DNA from: an uncultured virus (IMG/VR IMGVR_UViG_3300049812_002428)
Lineage: Duplodnaviria; Heunggongvirae; Uroviricota; Caudoviricetes
Direction: 5' to 3' (one strand)
IMG/VR virus record: IMGVR_UViG_3300049812_002428
Length of the DNA: 64,000 bases
The position numbers and the translations under genes are program-made. Below, in pieces: positions 1 through 10,056 of this stretch. Each line of letters starts with the position of its first letter. Position 1 is the first letter of the stretch. A model generated the notes under the pieces. The model did no database searches. It was given only the letters and a program-made list of their open reading frames with translations, and was not told the DNA's origin.

Positions 1-525
1 ATATTTGTCACCACGGATATGGTTCTTAAGTATCTTAGCAGCATGGTGTCGAGAAATCAAGTAAGCAGCAGCAGAGAAATCATTAATAAATTTCAAGTGC
101 AACTTAACATGAATGTCACCTGTGGTGATCGTGGTCATCTGAACACAGTCCCAATCATAAGGAAGGTATCCAAAGAACTCACGCCAAGTAAAGTTCCAAT
201 ACTTCACTGTTGAAAAGTCTACATCATCCTCCAAGATCATGCAATACTCATCATCAGTCTCTTCATAGAAATATTTGATTGCTTTTAGGTGAGACATGCA
301 ACATCCTAACTCAGCAGGACTAACGTTATCAGGAACCTTTCCTTTCAGATGTTCGGATGGATCATCTTCCCTCGCATCATATCCAGCAATCCTAGTATGG
401 TTTTCTATGTTCCAATACTTAAACTGCTCCTCCATGTAAAACCTCCGATTCTCATCGGCATCCAGGTTCAACCAATAAATTGCAGGCAGTCCCTCTAGTT
501 TATATGCAGACTTATTCTTGTCCAT
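1..525 (-). CDS. Glycosyltransferase family 25, 3' end runs off the window
   Basis: Manual translation from ATG at 525: MDKNKSAYKLEGLPAIYWLNLDADENRR...ELGCCMSHLKA...MILEDD; GT25 motifs; absent from the ORF track because it is truncated. Confidence 0.8.
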   Translation of the reverse strand, partial: MDKNKSAYKLEGLPAIYWLNLDADENRRFYMEEQFKYWNIENHTRIAGYDAREDDPSEHLKGKVPDNVSPAELGCCMSHLKAIKYFYEETDDEYCMILEDDVDFSTVKYWNFTWREFFGYLPYDWDCVQMTTITTGDIHVKLHLKFINDFSAAAYLISRHHAAKILKNHIRGDKY

Positions 526-529
526 CTTA

Positions 530-1327
530 CTAAATTCGTGTCCATCCATCGGGTGTTACGTCTTTTGTATCGTGGTCTTTAGTATATCCAGTTCCAAACC
601 ACTGGAGGGGGGCAATCACTTTCTTATCCTTATTAGCAGAGAGCCATGCTCCCCACCAAGAGAAAGTTGAGTTGGCAATGATATAGTCATTACACAGAGA
701 CATTAAGCACAAGTCAATACGATTATCATCGTTCTCAGAGATCATGAAACGTTCGTCAGAAAATAATTCCTGCTCATTGCACCATGCAGGATCATCAGAG
801 AAAACAATCACATTACGATGTGTCTCAAAGTAAGACAGTGCCCTCTTATAATAATCAAGAGTACATGGTGGGTGATTGGCAGAGTTCGTCACATAATCAG
901 TGCGACGAACATGAAGAGCGATCGGATTTTTTACTGACTCAATCATCTCCTTGCAAGGATTTAGAATAGCATCCTTGAAAGTAAAATCTTTGCGAATCTC
1001 TTCTTCGATATGCTTGAAGTATTTTTCCGTTTGAAAGTATCCCTGTAGGACCACATTGTCAGGACACTTATCAAATAGCTCCTGATCAAAATGAAACTGC
1101 CTCTCAGCAAGAGTAGATGCTTGGTATATACCAGTCTTGACTTTCAAATCAAAAGAGTCAAACAACTCTGTGCGAAGCATATTACCAATACCATCATCCA
1201 CAAAGTCGGGATGATATGAAATCATACAGTCATAACCATGATGACTTGCAATGCCCTTAAGAGAAGCATACTGAAACATCTGATTGGCAAGTCTGCCCAT
1301 TCGTCCCAGATTGTTAAATCCAATCAT
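530..1327 (-). CDS. Alpha-1,2-fucosyltransferase family (GT11)
   Basis: GRLANQMFQYA, GYFQTEKYF, HVRRTDY, FSDD, NSTFSWWGAWL. Confidence 0.9.
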   Translation of the reverse strand: MIGFNNLGRMGRLANQMFQYASLKGIASHHGYDCMISYHPDFVDDGIGNMLRTELFDSFDLKVKTGIYQASTLAERQFHFDQELFDKCPDNVVLQGYFQTEKYFKHIEEEIRKDFTFKDAILNPCKEMIESVKNPIALHVRRTDYVTNSANHPPCTLDYYKRALSYFETHRNVIVFSDDPAWCNEQELFSDERFMISENDDNRIDLCLMSLCNDYIIANSTFSWWGAWLSANKDKKVIAPLQWFGTGYTKDHDTKDVTPDGWTRI

Positions 1328-2145
1328 TTGATTTTTGCTTTCTGAGTTTTGAGGTACTCCTGCTGCTGATAATAATCGAAAAGTTCTTGAGTGTCAAACT
1401 TTAGGATCATCTCATACAGGTTTTTATTGTTTTCGATATATGGGTTTGTGAACCAGGAATTAGGAGTTCTTTCATGCTCCATGTGATATACATTTCCATC
1501 ATATCTACCAACCTTATATCCAAGTTTATTGAATCGATGGTATCTCTCATTATCTTCATAACCATAGGCGATAAAGTTTTCATTCTCTAAACCACCTTCA
1601 ATATACTTTTCAGTAGAATAAAACTGACAGAAACCATACTTAGCATCATATACTCTGGATTTCTCACGCAGAATACTCAGGTCATAATCATTGTTGATAA
1701 ATCTAGAAACCAGATCATCATCAGTGAAGATCTGATACTGCCAGTTGCCATCACCATAAGGGTAGACCATATCACACTCACCATCCAGGATCATCTCCTC
1801 ACACTTCTGGTAAGACTCAAGAGGAAGAAGAATATCACAATCATAATTGACAACCACAGGAGTCTTGGTCATCATCACCATGTCATTGAGAAGTCTAGTT
1901 CTATGGAAGAACTGATCATCATTCTTCTCAAAAACATGAATCAGTCGCTTACACTTCTCTTCACCAACACACTCACGAATCTGAGGAAGTGCAGATGCCT
2001 CAAAAGCAGATTCCGAATCTGCCTCTTTGATAATGAGAGTGCAGTCAGTTTTATCAAGGAGATAGATTGAACTGACAACCACATTTCGCAATCGATCAAA
2101 CGATTCGATTCGTAGTGGCACAATAAAAGTAGTATTACTCAGCAT
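1324..2145 (-). CDS. GT-A glycosyltransferase (GT2/GT7 C-terminal-like)
   Basis: DCD (DxD) motif, GGLENENFIAYGYEDNE, YHMEH. Confidence 0.75.
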   Translation of the reverse strand: MLSNTTFIVPLRIESFDRLRNVVVSSIYLLDKTDCTLIIKEADSESAFEASALPQIRECVGEEKCKRLIHVFEKNDDQFFHRTRLLNDMVMMTKTPVVVNYDCDILLPLESYQKCEEMILDGECDMVYPYGDGNWQYQIFTDDDLVSRFINNDYDLSILREKSRVYDAKYGFCQFYSTEKYIEGGLENENFIAYGYEDNERYHRFNKLGYKVGRYDGNVYHMEHERTPNSWFTNPYIENNKNLYEMILKFDTQELFDYYQQQEYLKTQKAKIK

Positions 2146-2872
2146 AGTCTCTAGTCTCCTTGTGCTTTTCAGTTACGTATTCTAACTCCTTAGCGTTCAT
2201 CTGCCAAGATCCATCAGGATGTTCACAGATAATATCTAGCTCCGCGTTAGATGAAATTCTATAATCACCCTCTCTACTACAAACACAAATATCGTCAATA
2301 ATCTCAGGCATACCGTGGAAGTATCTCATTCTATGATAAAACTCGGTATCCATTAACATCTTACATTCGGGGTCAAAGTATTCAAGACACTCTCTCCTCA
2401 ATGTCACGATAGAAGGACCACCCATAAAGTTCTGTCCTTCTAAAAGATGCTCAGACCAACGCGGAACCATTGGTCTGTAAAAGTTTTTTCCGTCAGTCGT
2501 ATGAGAGAATCCAGTCACTACCCACGCACATTCAGTTTCATTAAATCGATCATGAATCTTCTCCAATGCGGTGTCATCAGTGAACAAATCATCCTGAAAC
2601 ATAATTTTAATCAAGTCACCAGAGCAATGCTTCAATGCAATATTGGTGTTTGCAGGACCATTCCCTCTATCATAAAAATTTCTAATGTATGTGACAGGAA
2701 AAGTATCAGAATACTTATCACATGTATCAAGAATGCCAAGATCTTGCGAATGATCAGAGACAACAACTTCAACATCTTTGTAGGTTTGGTTGTCAATGGT
2801 CTCAAACATTTGAGTTAGAAACTTTGAACCAAGACCCCTCATACCATAAGCAGGGATAGCAATAGAAATCAT
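2135..2872 (-). CDS. Glycosyltransferase family 2
   Basis: ISIAIPAY, NQTYKDVEVVVSDHS, FQDD. Confidence 0.85.
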   Translation of the reverse strand: MISIAIPAYGMRGLGSKFLTQMFETIDNQTYKDVEVVVSDHSQDLGILDTCDKYSDTFPVTYIRNFYDRGNGPANTNIALKHCSGDLIKIMFQDDLFTDDTALEKIHDRFNETECAWVVTGFSHTTDGKNFYRPMVPRWSEHLLEGQNFMGGPSIVTLRRECLEYFDPECKMLMDTEFYHRMRYFHGMPEIIDDICVCSREGDYRISSNAELDIICEHPDGSWQMNAKELEYVTEKHKETRDYAE

Positions 2873-3741
2873 CGCAATGCTGTCCCCACTCGTTTTGCCA
2901 TCCTTAAGAAAGTGCTCTGTTTGCCCGTGTCAAAAGGATTGGACAAGGAAAGCAGGATAAAGTCTATGACTGCTTCCTTAACGTGCTCTGCACCCCTCTC
3001 TACATTGAATACAGAGTGCCTACCATCATCATCGGTGTATGGATGATGCCATTCACCTTCAGGAATATACTTCTCAGTCTTATGAAGCTTCGGATAAGAG
3101 AACGCATTAGGCAGTTCATTGAACCTTGCCTCTGTATCAGGATCATCAGAGCATACAAAGAATTTCTGATCAGACGCCTTTGCAACTGTCTGAATCCAAT
3201 GATCAACATCAAACGATTCAATATTAACAAAGTCAGTCATACGCAGGTGAATACCATAGTAACCCTGTCGCAGTTCATTCTCGTCAAGGAATTTTCCAAC
3301 CTTTTCAAGAACATCATCGCTGAATCTAAGTTCCCTTATCGTTTTCTTAATCTCTTCCTCAGGAATCCAATCATACAACAATGGAGTGTAATAGAAGACT
3401 GGTTTGTCTGATGAGTTTACGAAATTGCGAAATGACTCAACATTCATATTATTAGGTTCCATCCTACCTGGATTTCTAAAGAACTGTAGATAGGATGCGT
3501 CACATGAGAGAAGATTATATTGTTCACCAATAACATAATATTCTCTAATGTTTGTATCAGATGCCTCAAGATTATTTTCTTCAGAGAAAAGTTCATAGAA
3601 CCTTGCTCTACACATATTTGTACTTGGCCAGCTTACCTTAACTGGTAGGTCACACAATCTTGCTAGTGTAATACCACCAATCAGACCACTATATCTGTTG
3701 CCAAAACTGCCGTCGCAGCATACATGAAAATGTTTCATCAC
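2869..3741 (-). CDS. Putative O-fucosyltransferase/NodZ (GT23)-like glycosyltransferase
   Basis: GSFGNR N-terminal motif, GIHLRMTD, FFVCSDD, DFILLS...STF GDP-fucose-binding motifs. Confidence 0.6.
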   Translation of the reverse strand: MMKHFHVCCDGSFGNRYSGLIGGITLARLCDLPVKVSWPSTNMCRARFYELFSEENNLEASDTNIREYYVIGEQYNLLSCDASYLQFFRNPGRMEPNNMNVESFRNFVNSSDKPVFYYTPLLYDWIPEEEIKKTIRELRFSDDVLEKVGKFLDENELRQGYYGIHLRMTDFVNIESFDVDHWIQTVAKASDQKFFVCSDDPDTEARFNELPNAFSYPKLHKTEKYIPEGEWHHPYTDDDGRHSVFNVERGAEHVKEAVIDFILLSLSNPFDTGKQSTFLRMAKRVGTALR

Positions 3742-4532
3742 TCACTCAGATCATCAATGTAGAATGCTTCTCTCTCTCTTTGGAAGTAACCAATAACTCT
3801 GTTTCTGTCCTCAAAAATATCAGACCAGTCGTCAATATTCTCTTTGTAGTTCTTCTTTTTCTTAATGTGAACTGTGGTCATTCCCCAAGACTCAGGGCGA
3901 TGAAGCACAGAGATGTAATCATCTTCATAGGTAAATCCTTCATTACCATACTTCTCAAATAATTCTGTAATTTCAAAGAAGCGACCAACTGCAACCTCAG
4001 GGCGATCCCACTGAATACCCTTCTCCTTAACTTCAGGAACCCAGGTAAGGTCATGCATTCCTGCTGGCCAGTTAGTATCGTGGAAGACAATGTATCCATC
4101 CTCTTCCATGTGATCCCACCAGTGATAAAGTTCTGATGCAACCTGAGCAGCAACATGAATAGAATCAACGAAAAGAAGTTTTACAGTTCCATATTCTTCA
4201 GTGTCCCATGCCTTACCAACACTAGAACTATCTCCCTGAATTATTTTGTAAGTAGGATACTCTCCAAGATCAAACCCAAGACGCCTGAACTGAGTATCAA
4301 CTCCATAGACTGTATTGTTTCTCTCTACAGAATCATAGGTCATGGTAAGAGATGACACACCATAGTCAACCCCAAGGTCAACAAAGACGTTATTCTCTCC
4401 GCACTTATCTACTACTCTTGCAAGTTGATAGAGGTTTGTTCCAAGATTACTGAATTGAAAGTTCTCTTCCGTTGAGAAGTTCCATCCACCATAGTTGCCG
4501 GCACGGATGCCTTTTCCAATCGTTACTGTCAT
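3738..4532 (-). CDS. Class I SAM-dependent methyltransferase (Methyltransf_24-like)
   Basis: VDLGVDYGVS motif I, LLFVDSIH, GYIVFHDT; start moved to ATG at 4532. Confidence 0.75.
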   Translation of the reverse strand: MTVTIGKGIRAGNYGGWNFSTEENFQFSNLGTNLYQLARVVDKCGENNVFVDLGVDYGVSSLTMTYDSVERNNTVYGVDTQFRRLGFDLGEYPTYKIIQGDSSSVGKAWDTEEYGTVKLLFVDSIHVAAQVASELYHWWDHMEEDGYIVFHDTNWPAGMHDLTWVPEVKEKGIQWDRPEVAVGRFFEITELFEKYGNEGFTYEDDYISVLHRPESWGMTTVHIKKKKNYKENIDDWSDIFEDRNRVIGYFQREREAFYIDDLSE

Positions 4533-4533
4533 G

Positions 4534-5868
4534 TCAGAATCCAATTTTTTCGTTTTCACAGAAGGGATAATTATTTTCAATCAGATAATTATAAAGAACT
4601 GATTTATATTTGGAGTTCTTTAACTCAGGAGTAAGCGAAAGAAACTCTTGTACGACATATTTATCCAGGTACGGGTATCTGGTTTCAAGACCAAAAGACC
4701 CTGCAACGTGTTCTTCTTTTGCGATGTATGTTTCTTGTGAGCTGCCATAGAAAGATGCCCAAGGGAAGATAGTTGAGAGATCGTCAGGGAAAAGACCACC
4801 AAAGTTGCTATGAGAATACTTCTTGGTCCCACCAAAACCGTAGTCTGAGAACAGTTCATCTGCTCCAGAACCAGAGAGATAGATCTTTCTGTCGTCTCTC
4901 TTTGCCATAGTACAGACAGCAACTAAACTTCCTGCACCATGATCATCTTTGATGTCCATACCATATTCATTATAGTCACTAGAACTAGAGTGAATGGTAT
5001 TCTTGAATGGTTCTACATTATCAATCAAGTACTTGGTAAGTGATTGGCGACCAGGACCATACTCATCAATAGTAAACAATTCATACTCAGATTCATCTCC
5101 GATAAGAGCATGTCTACCAGAAAGAACTGGCATATTCTCAGATCCAGTGATACTGTATGCCTTATAAGGAATGCCTTGTCGTCTCAATTCACATGCAATA
5201 GAACCACTGTCATATCCACTTGAGAGTCCAATGAAGACCTTCTCGCGAATACCTTTAGTTCTCTTACGGATAGACTCTGCAAACACAGCGTTCCAATCAT
5301 CAAAGGTAGTCTTGTATTGCCTCAGGTCAAACTTAAACACTGAACCTTGATCCAGAATCTCAAGAGTGTCCATGTCCAGAAGCATCCTAGTGTTTGCTGG
5401 AATCTTCTTGACATCAGTAAACCCAAGAGCAAGTAAAGCAGACTCAAAAGTGGCTACACCAATCTTGTCTCCATTGATGGCATACCAAATAGGTTTAGTG
5501 GCAAACACATCTGACGATAGGACAATACGTTCGTTCGCATAATCCACAAGACAGATAGCAAATTCACCATCCAACATGTTTGGAAAGAAAAATCCATGCT
5601 GTAGATACTTTGGAATGATACATTCACCATCAGAGGTGTAATGCTCCATGGCATTATAGATCTCTCCGTTGTACACACAAGCAATCTGTCTCTCCTCATT
5701 GAGGAAAGGTTGTGGAGTGAACTCACCACTGATACTAAGAAGATTGTGAATGAAAGTATAGTCACCAACTTCTACAATGTTAGTGCTATCAGGTCCACGA
5801 TCCTCCATGTAACGGTTTACATAATCAAGATCCTCTATCTCTTTATTCGTAAATAAAAAACTACACAT
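4534..5868 (-). CDS. Asparagine synthetase B-like amidotransferase
   Basis: N-terminal Cys2, RGPD, YNGEIYN, LSSGYDS PP-loop, SGSGADELF, ETRYPYLD. Confidence 0.85.
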   Translation of the reverse strand: MCSFLFTNKEIEDLDYVNRYMEDRGPDSTNIVEVGDYTFIHNLLSISGEFTPQPFLNEERQIACVYNGEIYNAMEHYTSDGECIIPKYLQHGFFFPNMLDGEFAICLVDYANERIVLSSDVFATKPIWYAINGDKIGVATFESALLALGFTDVKKIPANTRMLLDMDTLEILDQGSVFKFDLRQYKTTFDDWNAVFAESIRKRTKGIREKVFIGLSSGYDSGSIACELRRQGIPYKAYSITGSENMPVLSGRHALIGDESEYELFTIDEYGPGRQSLTKYLIDNVEPFKNTIHSSSSDYNEYGMDIKDDHGAGSLVAVCTMAKRDDRKIYLSGSGADELFSDYGFGGTKKYSHSNFGGLFPDDLSTIFPWASFYGSSQETYIAKEEHVAGSFGLETRYPYLDKYVVQEFLSLTPELKNSKYKSVLYNYLIENNYPFCENEKIGF

Positions 5869-6542
5869 TATCGTTGATGATCTGACGTAATTACTTGGGG
5901 TAAAATCTCATTCAGCATGAGTCCATTTGCTCTACCTGGCATGATTGCAGGAGTAATGCCATGCATATCCAAGGCAAAAGGAAGACTCAGTTGATCCCTA
6001 GAAGAAAACTTACAGATCAACTCCCACCATGTTAGCATAAGTGCTTGAATCTCCAAAGTATTTCTTTGGATTCTGCAAGGCAATTCATATAGACCTTTAT
6101 GCTTTTCAAAGATACGTGACTGATAGAAAACCATTTGATTCTCAACAAACTCAAGGAAGTCAAACCTAACTTGCTTGATAAGTTCTGCCTCCTCATACAC
6201 ACAATCCCTTTCAGGGTGCTTGAAGAGAGCAATGTCACTGTCCTTCAGATATGTTTCTACAATTTCTTTTGGGTCCATCTTGACTGCATGAGTAGCGTCA
6301 ACCCAAATATAGTAGTCGTATCCAGGGACAAACAGGTGAGGCATGATCTTGTAGATCTTTGCATTCCTTCTGTTCGCATATCTGTTATCAATAGAGAACT
6401 TACGCAGTGGCATACGAGTCCACATGGAATCCTCAATCAGTTCCTCTTCTGTAAAGGCAAAGTAATCTGCAGAATCATATTTAACACTAACCTCTGCAGG
6501 CAGCGTAGCACCCACAGAGGAAGTCAAGACAGCAATTTTCAT
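5868..6542 (-). CDS. DUF616/TOD1-MUCI70-like glycosyltransferase
   Basis: YKIMPH, YIWVDA, FKHPERDCVYEE, SRDQLSLPF. Confidence 0.7.
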   Translation of the reverse strand: MKIAVLTSSVGATLPAEVSVKYDSADYFAFTEEELIEDSMWTRMPLRKFSIDNRYANRRNAKIYKIMPHLFVPGYDYYIWVDATHAVKMDPKEIVETYLKDSDIALFKHPERDCVYEEAELIKQVRFDFLEFVENQMVFYQSRIFEKHKGLYELPCRIQRNTLEIQALMLTWWELICKFSSRDQLSLPFALDMHGITPAIMPGRANGLMLNEILPQVITSDHQR

Positions 6543-7396
6543 AACTCAATCCAGTTTTTATTTTCAGGGACAATATCAGAAGTATCGTGATTGTATGCCT
6601 TACCAAACCACATCTTAGGCGAGATCAGTTTGCGAGTTCTATCCTTCTGAAGATAACCACCCCACCAGGATAGCGAACTATTCGCAGTGATGCCACCGTC
6701 ACACAGAGACATAAGACACAAGTCCACAAAGGGAACCAGGGCACCGTCCTCATGCTTATCAGTTGATTCAGACATGTGGAAACGATCAGCAGAGAAGAAC
6801 TCTTGCTCCTTACACCAATCAATAGAGTCTGAAAAAACAATCACGGGAGTGTCTTCTGGGAAATGCTCAAGTCCTTTTTCATAATACTCAATCGGTTGGA
6901 GTGGATGGTGGTCTTGCAGGTTAGTATAAGCCCACTTAAATCCTCTCTTGTCTGCCAAGTTTGGATCACCACGACGGACATGTAACATTATAGGACGAGT
7001 GTCAAATCCACTCATCATCTCCTCACATGGTTTCAGGATTTCATCTTGAAACTGAAGATCATTACGGATGACATCTTCAATGTCTTTGAAATACTTTTCT
7101 GTCTGATAGCAACCAAGCAGGTTTACATTATCAGGACAGTTGTTATACAGGTTCTCATCAAAATGAAAATGTGCCTCCTGAACACCTTGCTGGGTATTCA
7201 AGAAAGCAACGTTCTCTTCTTTGATTCCATCTAACTTAAAGCATTCATGAACACCATAGTTGTCAATGCTGTCATATGGAGGAGGAAATACAAAATCAAA
7301 TCCCCTATTTGCTGCGATGCCACGGAGAGAAGCATACTGAAACAGTTGGTTTCCTAGACGACCACTGTTACCAAGTCCGTTAAATCCAATAGTCAT
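6539..7396 (-). CDS. Alpha-1,2-fucosyltransferase family (GT11), second paralog
   Basis: GRLGNQLFQYA, HVRRGD, FSDS, NSSLSWWG. Confidence 0.9.
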   Translation of the reverse strand: MTIGFNGLGNSGRLGNQLFQYASLRGIAANRGFDFVFPPPYDSIDNYGVHECFKLDGIKEENVAFLNTQQGVQEAHFHFDENLYNNCPDNVNLLGCYQTEKYFKDIEDVIRNDLQFQDEILKPCEEMMSGFDTRPIMLHVRRGDPNLADKRGFKWAYTNLQDHHPLQPIEYYEKGLEHFPEDTPVIVFSDSIDWCKEQEFFSADRFHMSESTDKHEDGALVPFVDLCLMSLCDGGITANSSLSWWGGYLQKDRTRKLISPKMWFGKAYNHDTSDIVPENKNWIEL

Positions 7397-8244
7397 AAGT
7401 AATTTTTCTTCATTTCATCGTACACTTTTTTGATACCCTTATCAATTGTGGTTTTAGGAACCCACCAATCAAGAATAAAGGTGTCTGCGGTGTTTCTCTT
7501 GTCCATCTGAACACTGTCTTTAGCAAGTCCAGGTTTAATATCTACATCATACATACCGTCCATGAAAAAACATCCCTTAATCATAGCAGCAACCTCTTTG
7601 ATTGTCTCTGTTCTAAATGACGTGATGTGAAGGGGATCTTCTGGTTTGAAGTCAGTGTAAGACTCCATGACAGTCTCCAGTGCCTCACAGCAATCCTCAG
7701 CATAGAGGAACTGACGCTCCTCTGTACCATCGGTCATCATCTCAAACTGCTTCTCTTCAAAACCTTTACGGATGAAGTCAGTAATGACATGTGCTTTCTC
7801 CATGTCATGTTCAATGCCATATACATTCCAGAACTTAACAGTCAGTCCCTTGAGTGCAGTGGTGTGCAGTTCTCCTACACGTTTCATCACACCGTAAGGA
7901 GAGTAAGACATGTTACTCATCTGAGATGATGCAAACACAAATCTCTTACTATATTTGTCTAACAAACGGAAAGTGTTTGCCATCATACGAGCATTGTTAT
8001 TAATGAACTCAAACGTATGTTGATATTTTTTCAGGTAACGTGAACCACCCACATCAAAAGCAAGAAAGAATACAAAGTCAGCACTCTCAATCGCTTTCTC
8101 TACAACAGTGTTAGGTGTCACCCTGAGGTCAAACTCAGGACCATTCACGATATCGATACCCGTGACATCATGACCCTTATTGTTGAGGTATTCAGAAAGG
8201 TATGCACCAATCTGACCTGCAGATCCTAGGATTGTGATTTTCAT
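7393..8244 (-). CDS. NAD-dependent nucleotide-sugar epimerase/dehydratase
   Basis: GSAGQIG Rossmann motif, YGVMK (YxxxK), NVYG, RQFLYAED. Confidence 0.85.
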   Translation of the reverse strand: MKITILGSAGQIGAYLSEYLNNKGHDVTGIDIVNGPEFDLRVTPNTVVEKAIESADFVFFLAFDVGGSRYLKKYQHTFEFINNNARMMANTFRLLDKYSKRFVFASSQMSNMSYSPYGVMKRVGELHTTALKGLTVKFWNVYGIEHDMEKAHVITDFIRKGFEEKQFEMMTDGTEERQFLYAEDCCEALETVMESYTDFKPEDPLHITSFRTETIKEVAAMIKGCFFMDGMYDVDIKPGLAKDSVQMDKRNTADTFILDWWVPKTTIDKGIKKVYDEMKKNYL

Positions 8245-9296
8245 TCTTCAGTATTCGCAGCAATTTGTTCAGAAATCCAAGCGTAAGTCTTAGCAATACC
8301 CTCCTCCAGGGTCATGCTGTAGTCCCATTGAAGTGCTTCACGAATCAGATCGTTGTTGGAGTTACGTCCACGCACACCCAGAGGACCATCAATATGAATC
8401 TTTCTTACATCCTTACCAGCAACCTTAGCGACAGTATCTACCAGTTGATTGATGGTTACCATCTCCTCAGAACCAATGTTCACTGGTCCAAGGAAGTCAG
8501 ATTCCATCAGACGGCGGGTAGCTTCAATGCATTCATCAATGTAGAGGAATGAACGAGTCTGTTCTCCATCACCCCAGACCTCAATAGCACCACCTTGTTC
8601 AGGTAGATATCCTACCTTACGGCACATAGCAGCAGGAGACTTCTCCTTACCACCATTCCAAGTGCTATCAGGTCCATAGATGTTATGAAAGCGAGCAATA
8701 CGAACAGGGATACCATGGTTGCGGTTGAACGTCAGATACAAACGTTCAGAGAACAGTTTCTCCCAACCGTATTCAGAGTCAGGACCAGCAGGATAAGCAT
8801 CACTTTCCTTCAGTCCAGGATTGTCCACATCCATCTGAGCATACTCAGGATACATGCAGGCAGAGGAAGAGTAGAAGATCTTAGTTTTATTCTGCTCTGT
8901 CTGCTTATTCAACTCCAGTTGACACTTAAGCATGTTGAGGTTGATAGCAGCAGAATTATACATCACCTCAGAGTCATTATCTCCGGAGAAGATGTATCCA
9001 GCGCCACCCATATCAGCAGCATATTGATAGATCTCATCAAAAGATTCTACAAACTTCTCTGCTACATTTGCATAAAAATTACCCTGATACCCAGAGAACC
9101 TGATGACACGTTTCATCAGATCAATATCAGTAAGGTCACCAAGAATGAACTCGTCAGCAAGAGTAGGAGAATATTCTGGACGCTTGATGTCTACACCACG
9201 CACCCAGTATCCTTCGCTCTTCAGACGACGAACCATGTGACTACCAATAAATCCACCAGCACCACAAACAAGTGCAGTCTTTTGACGCTCAGACAT
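8241..9296 (-). CDS. GDP-mannose 3',5'-epimerase-like SDR
   Basis: GAGGFIG, AADMGG, SSSACMYPE, YGWEK, RFHNIYGP, GGKEKSPAAMCRK, GVRGRNSNN, as in plant GME. Confidence 0.75.
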   Translation of the reverse strand: MSERQKTALVCGAGGFIGSHMVRRLKSEGYWVRGVDIKRPEYSPTLADEFILGDLTDIDLMKRVIRFSGYQGNFYANVAEKFVESFDEIYQYAADMGGAGYIFSGDNDSEVMYNSAAINLNMLKCQLELNKQTEQNKTKIFYSSSACMYPEYAQMDVDNPGLKESDAYPAGPDSEYGWEKLFSERLYLTFNRNHGIPVRIARFHNIYGPDSTWNGGKEKSPAAMCRKVGYLPEQGGAIEVWGDGEQTRSFLYIDECIEATRRLMESDFLGPVNIGSEEMVTINQLVDTVAKVAGKDVRKIHIDGPLGVRGRNSNNDLIREALQWDYSMTLEEGIAKTYAWISEQIAANTEE

Positions 9297-9297
9297 T

Positions 9298-10056
9298 CTA
9301 TTCTCCAATAAATTCAGCAATTTCGTGTTTTACTCTAGCATGAAAGTCCCAATATTCCTTGGACTTTTCGTAGTTTTCTTCAACTACTTTTACACGATCA
9401 TCATAAAACTTCTCATTAAGATTGTCAAGAATATCCTTGAGTTCTTCGATAGTATTAAAGATAATCATGCCATCGGTATTAAAATAATCACCGATGTTTG
9501 AGGCACCCCAATAGATTGGGATAGTTTTAGAGGCAAGGCAGTCGATCAACTTTTCAGTAATCCAGTTGTCTCGTTGCTCATTCTCTACAACTACGTGATA
9601 TTTAGCAGTTTCAAAGAGAAAGTTCTTGTTCGGTGTTCGCGGAGGTGACTTATGTTTGACAATGCCAAACCCGTTCAGTTCTTCTGCATCTTCAAGTCCA
9701 GCCCAAATTTGTTGACGAAGTTTATGTCCTGGTGCCCATCCCTTATCACTTGTATTAAATGAGCAAACCTTCTGTTTATCTAGATTAAATGTATCCCACT
9801 CAATCCAGCAGCATCCAAAGATAAACTTCTGTGCATTAGGGAGATCTAAGATGTCTTCTCTCCAGGTAAGAATCAAATCAAACTTATCTGCATTCTCCCT
9901 AATAAGGTTAGAGATATCAAGAATGGATGGAGGTTCAACTTGAACTAAAACATTGATGCAGTCTGCTTTCCATGCAAGTGCATCGTAACAGATGTGAACT
10001 TTTTTACTGAACTTTCCATCCGTGGACATTGTTCCACTACATTGAACATTATACAT
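9298..10056 (-). CDS. GT10 (alpha-1,3/4-fucosyltransferase)-like protein
   Basis: KYHVVVENEQRDNWITEKLIDCL...IPIYWG matches the alpha-1,3-FucT motif. Confidence 0.75.
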   Translation of the reverse strand: MYNVQCSGTMSTDGKFSKKVHICYDALAWKADCINVLVQVEPPSILDISNLIRENADKFDLILTWREDILDLPNAQKFIFGCCWIEWDTFNLDKQKVCSFNTSDKGWAPGHKLRQQIWAGLEDAEELNGFGIVKHKSPPRTPNKNFLFETAKYHVVVENEQRDNWITEKLIDCLASKTIPIYWGASNIGDYFNTDGMIIFNTIEELKDILDNLNEKFYDDRVKVVEENYEKSKEYWDFHARVKHEIAEFIGE

